From: the human T2T-CHM13v2.0 reference genome, Homo sapiens
DNA length: 64,000 nucleotides
Direction: 5' to 3' (one strand)
Assembly: GCF_009914755.1 (NCBI RefSeq)
Contig: NC_060946.1
Made by a program: the position numbers and the translations under genes. Position 1 is the stretch's first letter, and each line of letters starts with the position of its first letter. The notes beneath the pieces were generated by a model. That model was not told the origin of the DNA and searched no databases. It worked only from the letters and a program-made list of their open reading frames with translations. Below are positions 32,703 to 45,859 of this stretch, piece by piece.

Positions 32703-33266
32703 TGGAGTGGTCCCCTGATTGGCTTTTGTTCCTCCTGAGGCCTGGACACCACATAATTTAGCGGACTGAGAACCTAATTAATAATCATGTGCTCCGATGT
32801 CCACCAACATCAATCGTTTGGAAAATCTGGAGTAATTAGGAAATGCTGCTGAACTAGAGAAACTGTTCCCATAAAATGTCAGGTACTTTATTTCCTGGAG
32901 GAGTGAATATCTTACTGACTAGGTCTTATGTGTAAAATGCAGTATTCTGAGTTACCAAGTTGTACTGTTGAAATTCCTTTAAGTTGGATGGTGGCATGGA
33001 AGTTTCTGGAAGCTGAATTCTGAATAGTTTTAATCTTTCTTTGAGCCTTGGTTTCCTCATCTGTAAAGGGCATAATAGCTTTGTAAACTGAACTAACAGG
33101 ATGGAATCAAAGGACAGCAATTTTTCTTATAGCATTGCACAAACGTTAGCTTGGCCTCCCAAAGAAGCTTAATTTTAATTTAATTTCAGGAAGAAACAAA
33201 AATGTGTGAAGATGTTAAAAAAATTTTCGCTAGTCATCATTCAGCTTCAGTGTCTCTATCATTTGT

Positions 33267-33413
33267 TTTTTTTTTTCTTTTTTTTTTTTTAAGTATACTT
33301 TAAGTTTTAGGGTACATGTGCACATTGTGCAGGTTAGTTACATATGTATACATGTGCCATGCTGGTGCGCTGCACCCACTAACTCGTCATCTAGCCTTAG
33401 GTATATCTCCCAA
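33267..33413 (-). mobile_element. Very young, extremely 5'-truncated L1 (L1PA2/early L1HS-like)
   Basis: Near-identical to the L1HS 3' terminus but GAG at the ACA site; poly(A) tail; 10-bp TSD TATCATTTGT at 33257-33266 and 33414-33423. Confidence 0.93.
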
Positions 33414-33688
33414 TATCATTTGTATCAGTATAGCTCAACTGAAGCGCAGGGAACGTTCTCTGAGCCAGGCTGGGGCTTCTGGCGGGAACCGGCGTTCCCT
33501 AGGAGGAGCCCCTGGTGCTTATGCGGTGGAGGGTGGAGTCAGGTCTGAGGAGCCAAGGGCTGTTTGGCGGTGAGACAAGGAGAAGCAGCAGGGGGTTTAG
33601 TGTCCAGGCCTTGGGGAGCTGGGAGTCCCCTGCAGTGGGAAGAGGATGCAGGGGTGAGGCCCGTGGGACACGTGGGAGCCAAGTACAA

Positions 33689-34762
33689 TCACAGGCAAAA
33701 GCTGGGTCTCCACCAGGCCAGCAAGCATGAGGTCACAGGTCCAGTCACCCACCCAGGTTTGCACCTTGGGACAAGGCCTCCGACCAGTGTGCGGTGGGTA
33801 GGGGGTCTCCTTTGTGAGTAACGGGATGGGAAGAGAAGCGAGGGTGGAGAAGCCACCAGAGGTGTTGACGTGGAGGCTAGGAATGGGTTCTGTTGGTCTT
33901 CCCAGCATGGGTGTGGCCGGCGGGAACTGGAGGAGTGGGCACAGGGGTGGGACTGAAGGCAGGTGTGCTGGTGGAACGGGCCCTGCCACCAGGGGCCAGG
34001 AGGGGACTTGTGATTGGGGGTGTGTGGAGGTGAGTGTGGTGTGTGGGGGCAGCGAGGTAGGTGGGAGAAGAAAGGTGGATTCTTGGCCTCAGACTCACTA
34101 ACTATCAGGACTCCCAGCCAGGCTGGACCACAAGGTCCGAAAGTGGCCCCGACTGGAGTAGACGTGCTTGGAGGCTTCTGGGCAGGTGCAGCCACGATGA
34201 CAGCCGGCATCAAGGCCCTTCCTCTGCAGGCCCCAGGTGCAGGCCCTGGTGGTTTGGGTTCAGGGTTTATGGGTGATGGGCGCCCAGCCCAGTCAGGTTC
34301 AGCGGGGAGAAATCCAAAGCCATTCTGAGGGGTAGGCTCCAGGCCGGTGCGAAACAGTGGGGAATGGCTTCCCGAGAAGCCACTGGAGCTGCGCCTCTTG
34401 CCCTCTGTCCGGTCCTCCTCCACACTCCAGCAGAGGGGGGTCTTCCAGGGTCCTTTCCTCCTGTGGCCTGGGCGTGCCCGTGTGCAGAAGGAGGAAGGCG
34501 AAGCCGTCCGGCATCTCGGAAATGGAGCCTCCAGGGTCTGCGTCACTCGGAAAGGCGCGGGCTTTCCCAGGCCAGAGTCTTTCAGTCCCAAAAGGCTTTG
34601 TCCACCTCCTCCCTGAGTCATTGCGGCTTTGTGTGGGTCCAGGGGCAGAGACCAGCAGGAAGGACACTGCTCCTGCCTGCGTGAGAAGCCCGTGGTGCAC
34701 AAACGCCTCTCACTCCTCTCAGTGATGGAAATCACCATCAGATAAACACCCTGGCCTCCCAT
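33689..34762 (-). CDS. Hypothetical 357-aa Pro/Ser/Gly-rich ORF, no recognisable domain
   Basis: Longest ORF outside tandem repeats; real ATG in strong Kozak context (GCAAAATGG); may be a chance ORF in GC-rich DNA. Confidence 0.15.
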   Translation of the reverse strand: MGGQGVYLMVISITERSERRLCTTGFSRRQEQCPSCWSLPLDPHKAAMTQGGGGQSLLGLKDSGLGKPAPFRVTQTLEAPFPRCRTASPSSFCTRARPGHRRKGPWKTPLCWSVEEDRTEGKRRSSSGFSGSHSPLFRTGLEPTPQNGFGFLPAEPDWAGRPSPINPEPKPPGPAPGACRGRALMPAVIVAAPAQKPPSTSTPVGATFGPCGPAWLGVLIVSESEAKNPPFFSHLPRCPHTPHSPPHTPNHKSPPGPWWQGPFHQHTCLQSHPCAHSSSSRRPHPCWEDQQNPFLASTSTPLVASPPSLLFPSRYSQRRPPTHRTLVGGLVPRCKPGWVTGPVTSCLLAWWRPSFCL

Positions 34763-34830
34763 TTTGCCTTATCTGCCCCACCCCCACCCCCCCCTACAGG
34801 CACACACATCCAAGCTGTTTATCACTGCAC
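34530..34830. promoter_or_regulatory. Candidate enhancer/promoter motif cluster
   Basis: AP-1 TGAGTCA 34614-34620; WGATAA sites at 34740, 34769 and 34819; CCCCACCC boxes at about 34776-34790; locally more CpGs. Confidence 0.4.
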
Positions 34831-36439
34831 TTTTACTTACAGTAGCCCAAGGCTTCCCATGTCTAGAAGACAGAATCTCTAGCCTGGCACTTTGTACTCT
34901 GCCCTCTGATGACCTCTTCAAGCCGAATCTCCTGCCAGCCTCCCGCTCTGTGCTCCAGAACCCCGAGCTGCACACAAGTGTCTCTGGACGCCATGCCCTT
35001 GCCTACTTCTGTGTCTTTGTCCATGCTATTCTCTCAGCTGGCACTTCCTCTCCGGCTGTGCACACCGGGCAAACTCCTATTCATACCACAAAACCCAGCT
35101 CTAATACTCCCTGCTCAAGGGTCTTCTTGGACCCAGAGAGGCAGAATTCATAACTCCCTGCCCTGGATCCCTGGAGAAAGCTTTGCTTTCCCCTGTTGCC
35201 CTGTGGATTGTAATCAATCCCCACTCTGAGTGGGTGGACAGAAGCCTTTCCTGAGAAGCAGGCTGGCCGTCCTGGGGTCCTGGGCTTGATGTACCTCCCG
35301 TGCAGTGCCTGGCTAGAGAGGAGGCACAGCCTGCAGAGCATCTGTTCTGGACTGAACCCCGGAGCCATCAGCAAGTTTCGGGCAAGTGTTGGGGGCTTGG
35401 AAGAAGGACGATTCATTCTGAGATTGAACCTGACATTTATTTTTCTCCCACATACACCCAGCCTTGACTTTGCAGAGAGTTAAAGCAAATAGTAATCCAG
35501 GACAGATTTGTTACATATTTATTTATTTCCCTTGAAATCTCTACGACTGCAAAGAAGGTGTTTATTTTAAAATTTAAATTGTAGCTAGCAGAGTGTTGCA
35601 GTGACTCACTTAATCACCTCCTCCACCTGACCAACTCCACCAAAATCCCTGCTGCAGCTTCCCATTCAAACACCCCCTTCACAATTGTGATTTTTCTCCG
35701 CCAGGTGACTGACAGATGGCCTGGCTGTTTTGGATGCCACTGCCACTGCCAAATCACTGATTTTGAGGAATTAAATCACAAAAACTTACCTCAAATGCAA
35801 AAAATGAAAAGGAACTCCTTCCTCATTTCCTGCCTGGTGTGGACACAGTGTGCTGTCTACACGAGGCCTTGTTACAAATCTGCACCCCGCTGCAGTTCCA
35901 TTGTGCCTGCAGTAGAGAAATTCCAGAGCCTGGGGACCTGGGCTCAGGCCCTTGCTCTCATGACCAGGCAGTGGCAGCGGCTCTTCCCACTAAGCTGCCC
36001 GGAAGGAGCTCCAGGGACTCTTGGAAAATGTCACTGACTTCTCCTAAGACTAGTATCACTTCTCCATGTACCCCTAGTTTCCCTCCTTCCAGCCCATCCT
36101 TCATATAATTACCCAATATAATTGTGCACACCTGGCAAACTCCTATTTATACTACAAAACCCAACTTCAACACTCTCTCCTCAGGAGTCTTCTTGGACTC
36201 AAACCATCTGAAAGGCAAGCCTGGTGGAGTCCACTTGCTGGACAGCCGGAAGCAGCTCCTTTTGCTTTTGGTGGGAAGCTCAGACTTCCTGACAAGGTCC
36301 ATGTGACCCCTCCTGGCCTGATTCCTGCCCCTGCTCTCCCTGCCCAGCCTCCTCCCTCCCACCCTGTCCCCGTGTCCCTCCAGATGGAACTATTTGGTGC
36401 ATCTCTAATCATCTGTGGTGATGGAATGGTATTTTTCCA

Positions 36440-36970
<531 letters not shown>

Positions 36971-37656
36971 AGCTCTGATCGAGAGTTCCTGGAGGAGCCG
37001 GTGTGCTCTCTTGCCCTAGGATTGCTCATGCTGTAGCCTCTGCCAGGGACCCCTCCACCCGTCGTGGGCAACCGAACTCTCACTCCCCTTCCAGACTCGG
37101 TTTCGGAGCCTCCCCTCCTCCAAACATCTTCCTGGACCTTGTCCAAGTCGGGTGCCTTCTTCCCTGTCTGTTTCACTGTTGCTGGCCTCTACCCAGCACC
37201 TCATCCTGCCTGTGGGATAGCGTAGGTGCTCGGCAGTGTATGTCTTGAGTGACTAGACCTGTAGTAAATGCAGGAATGTGAAGATGCTGCTTTATACCAG
37301 TGCTTCTCCAAGTGCGGGCCACAGATCTCCATGTGAGTCCGACCACTTTGGGTTCCACACTCACTCGCGAGGGAATTCTTTCATGGCGTGATCTAGGGAA
37401 GAACACACTTGGCTCCAGAGAATCTAGAGATGATTTACAAAGACATGTGGTGCGGTTTGCTTGCAGGCCAGGAACTGATGTCTTGCTTTCTGTGTCCATT
37501 TGTTGATTCTAACGAGAAACGTTAATGAGATATCCCTCAGCAGATGGTAGGTATGGTGGCATCAACACAGTTTTACACTGAAATCCTTAGGCTCAAAAGG
37601 ATAAGGCAGAGGCAGAGGAGATAGGAAAAGGATGCAGATGGAACTTCCAGAGATGA

Positions 37657-38072
<416 letters not shown>

Positions 38073-38129
38073 CTATAGTGACTACCCAAAATGAAACATT
38101 GACAGCAAAGAGTAATCTTGGGGACACTT

Positions 38130-39755
38130 TTTACTGTTGAGAAGATGTTCTGCTTTTTAGAGAGATGCCATTTTGTTTATCCATCCAATGGCTGATGGAC
38201 GTTTGGGTTGCTTCTAGCCGTGGCTATTACAAATAGAGCAACTGTGAGGATTCTAGCACACGTCCCCATGTAGACATATGTTTGCATTTCTCTTGAGTGG
38301 TTGCTGAGGTGTGGAATTGCTGGGTTTATGGCAAGCTTGTGTTTAACTGTTTAGGAAATTGACAGAATTGTTTCCAAAGTGGCTGTACCATTTTATAGTC
38401 CCACCAGTTACCAATAAGGGTTCTAGTTCTTCCCTCCTCACCAATGCCTGTTATTGTCTCCCCCTTTGATTGGAGCCATTCTAGTAGGTGTGAAATAGTA
38501 TCTCTTTGGGGTTTTTATTTGCGTTGTTAAAATGTCTGATGGTGTTGAGCATCTTGTCATGTGCTTTAAACCGTGTGCACATCTGCACCAGTGAACAGTC
38601 TATTTGAATGTTTCCTTTTTTAATGTTTTTAGATTGGGTTGTTTTCCTTCTTATTAATTTGTAACAATTCTTTATAGAGTCTAGATACAAGTCCATTATC
38701 AAATATATGATTTGCATGTATGTTCTCCAGTCTTTGCTTTGTCTTGTCATTTTCTTCATGATTTCTTTTGAAGAGCAAACATTTTTATCTTTGAAGGAGT
38801 CTGATTTATCAAATTCTTTTTTATGGATCATGCTTTTGGTGTCACATTTAAGAAATCTTGGTCTCATCAAAGGTCACAAAGATTTTCTCCTTTTGCTTCT
38901 AGAAGTTCTAAAGTTATAATTATTACATTAAGGTCTATGATACATTTTGAGTGAATTTTTTTTGCATATGGTGTGAGGTAAAGCTCTAAGTCTTCCTTCT
39001 CCACCTCTGTTCCTCTTCCACTTCTTCTTCCTCCTCCTCCTCCTCCTTCCTGTGGATATTCTATTGTTTCAGCACCATCTATTGGAAAAACTCTTCTTTT
39101 TCCATTTAATTGTCTTGGCACCTTTGTTGAATGAATCATAAATGTTAAGGACTCTCAATTCTGTCTCATTGATCTGTATGTCTATCCTCACGCCAATATC
39201 CCATTCCCTTGATTGTTGTAGCTTTAAAGTAAGTTTTGAAACTGGGAAGAGTAAGTCCTCCAACTTTGTTCTTCTCTTTCATAATAACTTGCGCTGTTCT
39301 ATGACTTTTGTATTTAAATACACGTACTAAGATGAATACATCATCATATAAATAAAAACCTGCCGGTATTTTGTTTGGGCTTACATTGGATCCATGAATC
39401 AATTTAGGGGAGAATCACCATCTTAACAATGTTGAGTCTTTTAATCCATAAACATGGATGTCTTTATTTATATAGATCCTGAATATATCTCCAGAGTACT
39501 TTGTAATTTTCAGTGTACAAGTCTAGCACTTTTTAATTAAATGTATTCCTAAGTAATTTATTCTCATTGATGCTACTTTTGAATGGAATTAGTGTTTTTA
39601 AATTTCATTTTTAGTTAGCTCGTTACTCATGTAGAAATACAATTGACTTTTGTATCTGAAATTGTATTGTATGACGTTGCTAAATCTGTTGATTTGCTCG
39701 ATTGGGTTTCTGATGTTCCTTAGGAGTTTCTGCACATAGGATCATATTGTCTACA
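38130..39755 (-). mobile_element. L1MB 3'UTR and ORF2 C-terminal part
   Basis: Minus-strand ORF remnants such as KEKNKVGGLTLPSFKTYFKAT and KGAKTIKWKKKSFSNRWC match L1 ORF2. Confidence 0.9.
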
Positions 39756-40114
39756 AGTTAAATACATAAAAAAATTGGCAGAAGTAAATGGAGAAATAGA
39801 CTCGAAATCATATGTGGTGATAACACCCATTTTTTGGTGTGATAGAAGTAGACACAAAATCTTTAAGGATACAGAAGATGAGCACAAATCTATCAACAAA
39901 CCTGATGCAGCTGACATTTGTAAAACACCATATTCAACAATCACAGATACACGTTCTTTCCCTGTGCATATGAAAAGTTCGCCATGACAAAACAATCATA
40001 CATTGTGGCATAAAATGTGTTTCAGTAAATTCTGTCGGAATGAAACTTAAATGATATGTTTCTTGGTCACAATAAAATGTAATACAGGGAAGGAGCACTT
40101 TACAAGTCATTTTA

Positions 40115-40207
40115 ATAACTTGGTGCAAAAGTAATTGCAGTTTTTGCCATTACTCTCAGATTTTGCTTTCAATGGCAAAAACCGTGATTATGTTTGCACC
40201 AACCTGA
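40115..40207. mobile_element. MADE1 (Hsmar1-derived MITE)
   Basis: ttggtgcaaaagtaattgcagtttttgccatta ... aatggcaaaaaccgtgattatgtttgcaccaacct inverted repeats. Confidence 0.9.
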
Positions 40208-40623
40208 TATTATGAGAGCAAAGCCTGATAAAGACACTGCAAACAAATTAGAAATTAATAAAAAGAAAATACCCAAATAGTTGGCAATTAAAGTAAAAAA
40301 AAAAAAAACCCATGAGTCAAATAAATCATAGTGAAAATTAGAAACTATTTTGAACTAAATGAAAATAAAAGCATATCTAAACTATGAGCTGGAGTTGAAA
40401 CAATGGTTAGAAAGAAATCTATAAATTTTAATGTGTAATTAAGAGGGAAGAAAGTTTTAAAGCTAATGATCTACCTTAAGAAGCTAGAAAAAGAAGAAAA
40501 AAATAATGCCAAGGAAAAGAGGCTAATAAAAACAATAAAAGTTAGACCAGGATTAAATGAAGGAGAAAACGTGCAATTAAAAAATTAACAAAGTTCAAAA
40601 AGTTATTTGAAAAGGCTAACAAA

Positions 40624-40922
40624 GCCAGGTGCGCTGGCTCATGTCTATAATCCCAGCACTTTGGGAGGCTGAGGCGGGCGGATCATGAGGTCAGGAGACC
40701 GAGACCATCCTGGCTGACACAGTGAAACCCCATCTCTACTAAAAAATACAAAAAATTAGCTGAGCGTGGTGGTGGACACCTGTGGTCCCAGCTACTTGGG
40801 AGGCTGAGGCAGGAGAATCGCTTGAACCTGTGAGCGGAGGTTGCAGTGAGCAGAGATGGCGCCACTGCACTGCAGCCTGGGCAACAAGCAAGACTCCGCC
40901 AAAAAATAAAAATAAAAATAAA
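40624..40922 (+). mobile_element. AluSc-like
   Basis: Full dimer; TSD AAAAGGCTAACAAA. Confidence 0.96.
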
Positions 40923-40970
40923 AAAAGGCTAACAAAATTGGTAAGACCTCAGCAAGACTGATAATAAAGA

Positions 40971-41011
40971 ACACACACACGCACACACGCACGCACACAC
41001 ACACACACACA
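40971..41011. repeat. Interrupted (CA)n microsatellite
   Basis: acacacacacgcacacacgcacgcacacacacacacacaca. Confidence 0.9.
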
Positions 41012-41602
41012 TAGAGTGAGGTAAGGGAACGGAAAGCTGCTAATACACAATATCAGAATGAAAGAGAGGATATTACTAAGGGATGCACAGATGTTAAATG
41101 GATATTGCTAAAATCTTGATGTTGGTAATTTTTACAACTTAGATTTAATGGATAAATTTCTTTTAAAAAATAACTTACCAAAACAAGAAGAAATACAAAA
41201 TCTGAAGAGCCCTAAAGCTATGAATACATTGAATTGATAATTAAATACCTTTTTTACAAAAAAGCTCTAGGCCCAGGTAGCTTAAATGATGAATTTAACA
41301 TCAAACTAAGAAGTATTACCAATCCTATACACTCTATTTCAAAAATGAAGGAAAAGGAAATATTCACTTTTAAATCATTTCATACCAGTGTAACTCGGAT
41401 ACTAAAACCTAACAAAAATATTACAAGAAATAAAATTATAGCCCAATAATTCTCATCAACAGAAACACAAAACTCCTAAGCAGGACATTAGCACATAGAA
41501 TATAGTGATAAATACAAGCACACTATGCGTTACTAAATGGGGTTTATTCTGGAAATGCAATGTTTGTTTAACATTCTAAAATCAGTTAGTATAATTCATC
41601 AC

Positions 41603-42125
41603 TGTAGGGCCCCCCGGTTCCCCGCTCTTTCTTTCTGTGTCCTGACCAAAAGTCATGGAGTGCATTGACCACTCTGTGACCCAGCCAGGTGCAGGTTTTC
41701 CCCAGCAGACTTGAACCCAAACCAGGCCCTTGAACATTCCTGGGCACTGATAAAGGTATTTAGGTTATTGCCCAAAACGATGAAAGAAACTGGCCGTGGC
41801 CCTGAGTCAAATTCCTTAAGCCCTCATGAAAACCCCATGCCTTGTCCCCCTCGCTGAGGACATACTTAGGTAGAACACCTCTTTTCTCTCACTGCCTGTC
41901 TCTAGGAGTGCTGCAGCCCTCCGCAGTTAAGTTCCCCATTGCTGCAGCCCTCTACAGGTAAGTTCCCCTAATCAATGCTTTGGGCTGATCACCCAGGCAT
42001 TCTGCGCTTCTTTCTTTGGAACCCCAACTGGTCTCATCCCCAACTGGGGCTCAGTTTGGAGATGCCTTTGTGGGAACTCCCCTAAGTTGGGATGTCTTCA
42101 GCTGTGGGTTCAGCAGGATGAGACA
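41603..42125 (+). mobile_element. Solo LTR (LTR32-like, subfamily uncertain)
   Basis: TG...CA termini; internal ~31-bp tandem duplication gctgcagccctc...agttcccc at about 41910-41968. Confidence 0.7.
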
Positions 42126-42172
42126 ACATATTAATAATAAAAGACATACATGAAAAACCTGCAGCTAACATC

Positions 42173-42844
42173 TGACAACCAAGATAAGCGACTGAGGCAT
42201 AAGTCTCAGTCATCAAGGATTTTTAAGGCAGCTTTAGGGCATGTCTGGGAAAAATACTAGCCACAGACACACCTGTGGCTGTTTTTTCTGAAGAAGTTTT
42301 CAGGAGGATTAGTAGGAATACTTTTCCTTGTAGTGGGGGAAGGCCTCCAGGAAGAGGGGCATGTAGGTCTTAAGGGGAATGGCTTTTTTTCCTATGAGAC
42401 TTTAGTAAATGCCCAGTAAATCTACATTTCACGTAAGATAAGATGAATGTTTGAAGAGAAAAAAGGAGGAAAGAGAGTCAGTTATACATATGTCTCTGGG
42501 TAGGTGGAGGAAATGAGTCTTGTCTTTGCTCTGCATGTGGGAAGATAAGCTTGTAATCAGCATTATCAGTGTGGAATCAAACAGATTTAGTCTGAGGAGC
42601 TAGACTTAGGTTGTAGACCTAAACTCACAATTAGCATGTCCTTGTTTATGGGAGGCAAGCAAAGAACTTACTGGTGAATGATATGTAGGGGCAGCTTTTC
42701 CAGATGCCTGCAGCCTTTTACCTTTTCCTGGGGGTGTGGCAGATGCGTGTTGCTAGTGACAGCTCTTCATCTGGAAGAGGGGGTTGCATGAGGCAGCCTC
42801 GGTGCTAAAGTTTGGGGTCTTGAGATTTTTCATCTTTCTTTACA
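42173..42844 (-). mobile_element. ERV1 MER4-group solo LTR (MER41/MER39-like)
   Basis: TG...CA termini; perfect 4-bp TSD CATC at 42169-42172 and 42845-42848. Confidence 0.8.
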
Positions 42845-44664
42845 CATCATCTAACGGTGAAATATTGAGTGCTTTTACCATAAGATCAGGAGCAAGGCAA
42901 AGAGTCTGCTTTTGATCCCTTCTGTATAACATTACAGTGAAAGCTCTAGCTAGGGTTAGCATGCAAGAAAAACATACGTGGTATAAATAAATATTTGAAA
43001 GTAAAAAGTAAAACTGTCCATGTCAACAGATATGTATGCATTATTGCTTACATAGAAATTTCTTAAGCAATATAAAACAGCAATAAAAAAGGAGCAGATT
43101 AATAAGTAAATTTAAAATTGTCACATAAAACAAATCAATATAAAGTTTGTTTCCTATTAGCAGCAAACAATTGGAAATCACATTTAAAAATAATTTAATT
43201 TATGAAAATAAAATAAGGATAACTTTAAAAATTACACATGACGTTTTTATTTGAAAAATGTAAGTCTATTAACATACCATATAAGTTTATAAAGTAACTT
43301 TATAAAGTTGAAAAAGAGTTACATAAATGGAGAGATATACCATGTTCATAGATTTGGGGAATCAATATTATCAATGTCAATTCTCTCCAAACTGATACAT
43401 ATATTAAATACAATTTTATTCAAAGTTAAAACTCATTTTTTGTTAGTAATAATTTGATACTAAAATTCATATTAGTATGCAAATTACATAAATCAATGGA
43501 AAATAATACAGAGTCCAGATCAACTCGTACAATATAAAATTAATTAATTTTTGACAAAGATGTCAAGGTAATTCAATGGAGAAAAAAAGTATGTTTAAAC
43601 AAATAGTAATCTGACAATTAAATATCAATTTAGGAAAAAAATCAACCCTTATTTTACACCATTCACTGAAATTGAGACTATAGTCTTACATGTAAAATCT
43701 ATAACTGCAAAGGTTTTAGAAGAAAACCAAGGAATCTAATTGCAATTTTGGAGTAGGGAAATGTTTCTTAGCAGGATACAAAAAGCAATAACCATAAAAG
43801 AAAATAAATGGACAATTTGAGCTTCCTCAAAAGTAAAAGCTTCTTTTCATCAAAAGATACTATTAAGAAAATGGAAAGGCAAGCCACAGACTCAGGTAAA
43901 ATATTGCCAATACAATATGGCAATACAGTACAAACATTTGTCCCAAGACAAATGACTTGTTTTAGAGATTACATGGGAATAGCCCATAAGTCAGTTACAG
44001 GTCCAGCAACCATAGAATAAATGATAAATGATTTAAATAGCTACTTCATGAAAGATTTGTGGGCAATAAGCACAAGAAAGGGGTTAAGAACTTCAGTAAT
44101 TAAAGAAATACAAGTTAAAACCACAATCAATACTACCTCTCATCCAGAGAGATGATTATATTAAAGATTAATGGCATCAAATATTGGTAAGAATGTAGAT
44201 TAATGAGAATCTCCATATGTTGCTGGTGGAAGAGAAAAAAGTATATGATTTTGGATAGGTATTGATCAGTTTCCTATAAATTTTAATGTATACCTATCCT
44301 ATGATCTGGTAATTCCTGCTCCAAGAGGAATAAAAACATACTTTCTCAGAAAATTTGTAAATGAATGCCATACTAGCTTTATTTATAGTGGCTCCAAATT
44401 GTAAACAAATTTAAATGTTCATCAACTGGAGATGAACTTATAGTTTGTAGAATATTAATACAATAGTATACTACTCAGGAATAAAAATAATAATTTTTTT
44501 TTATTGGAATAAGGTGCATAAATCTTAAAAACATTATGATATGTGAAAGAAGCCAACCCACAGAGCACATACTCTGTGATTACATTTATACAGAGTTCAA
44601 GAATGGGCAAAGCAAATCAGTGTTGCTGGAGATGTAAATGATGATTGCCTATGGAGGTAGGGAG

Positions 44665-45859
44665 TGTAAACCAAAAATGAAATTCCAAGCCCCCCAACAG
44701 ACTAAATGGACCCCCTCTTGGCCAAGGAGATTACAAAGAAACCTGAAATCCAGTTCAGGCTAAGATGGCAAGGAGCAGGGGTAGGACATACCTCATTATA
44801 CCCTCTCCCTTTTTTTTTTTTGAGACAGAGTCTTGCTCTGTCACCCATGCATGACAATGGCATGATCTCGGCTCACTACAACCTTCACCTCTTGGGTTCA
44901 AGTGATTCTTCTGCCTCAGCCTCCTGAGTAGCTGGGATTACAGGTGCCCGCCACCATGCCTGGCTAATGTTTGTATTTTTATTAGAGACAGGGTTTTGCC
45001 ATGTTGGCCAGGCTAGTCTTGAACTCCTGACCTCAGGTGATCTGCCCACATTGGCCTTCCAAAGTGCTGAGATTACAGGCATGAGCCATCACACCCCCCT
45101 CTCCCTTTTGACCTTGAGACAGAACTGACCAGCATTGACATTAAAATCAAGATTCTAAGACTGACAATACAGACTCTTTGTAGTAGTAAGATACCAACTC
45201 CAACCTGACTCTGGTAAGTACCACATGACAGATAACAGGTCCTAAAGGAAATAAAAGTATTTTATCCCAAGATATATTTCTGTGACATATTTTGAAATGG
45301 CCCTGCAAAGCTGTCTCTTGTGGGGAAAATCTACATTCTCTAGAGAATCTGCTTCCCTTTCCATGTTTTCTCCTAATCCAGGAGAGATTTAAATCAGAGT
45401 CTGATACTTTTAAGTTCTGATAAGAGATATCTACTATCTATTCTCTCTGAAGCCTGCCACCCAGAGCCTTCATCTACATAACAAGAACTTTGGCTTCCAC
45501 AACCCCTCTTATCTTAACCCTCAAATTTCTTTCTGCTGACTCCAACACTTTAGGGAAGCTTAACTTTTTCAACCAATTGCCAGTTAGGACATTTTTGAAT
45601 TCACCTATGACCTGGAAGCCCCTTAATTTGAGATGTGCTGTCTTTCTGGGTCAGACGAATGTAAACCTTACATGTAGTGATTATGTTTTTGCCTGTAACT
45701 TGTCTCCCTAAAATGTATAAAATTAAGATATAACCCAGACACCTTGGTACACGTTATCAGGACCTGCTGAGGCTGTGTCATAAGTCGTAGTCCTTACATT
45801 TGCCTCAGAATATTTTATAGAGTTTTACAGAATTAGGCTTTTTTTTTTTTTTTCCAACA
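44665..45859 (+). mobile_element. MER4-family ERV1 solo LTR containing an Alu
   Basis: tgtaaaccaaaaatgaaattccaagccccccaac...ccctgcaaagctgtctcttgtgggg...ccaaca. Confidence 0.88.
44810..45096 (-). mobile_element. AluSx/Sz-like
   Basis: Full dimer; TSD CCCTCTCCCTTTT. Confidence 0.96.

Noticed and set aside
34640-34700. Faint resemblance of LCT...EQCPSCW in the 357-aa ORF to my recollection of the MYEOV N-terminus
   Set aside because: Only a few residues match and the rest does not align; no gene symbol assigned
33430-34800. Classical CpG-island promoter
   Set aside because: GC-rich, but by eye CpG remains clearly depleted relative to GpC; observed/expected ratio was not computed
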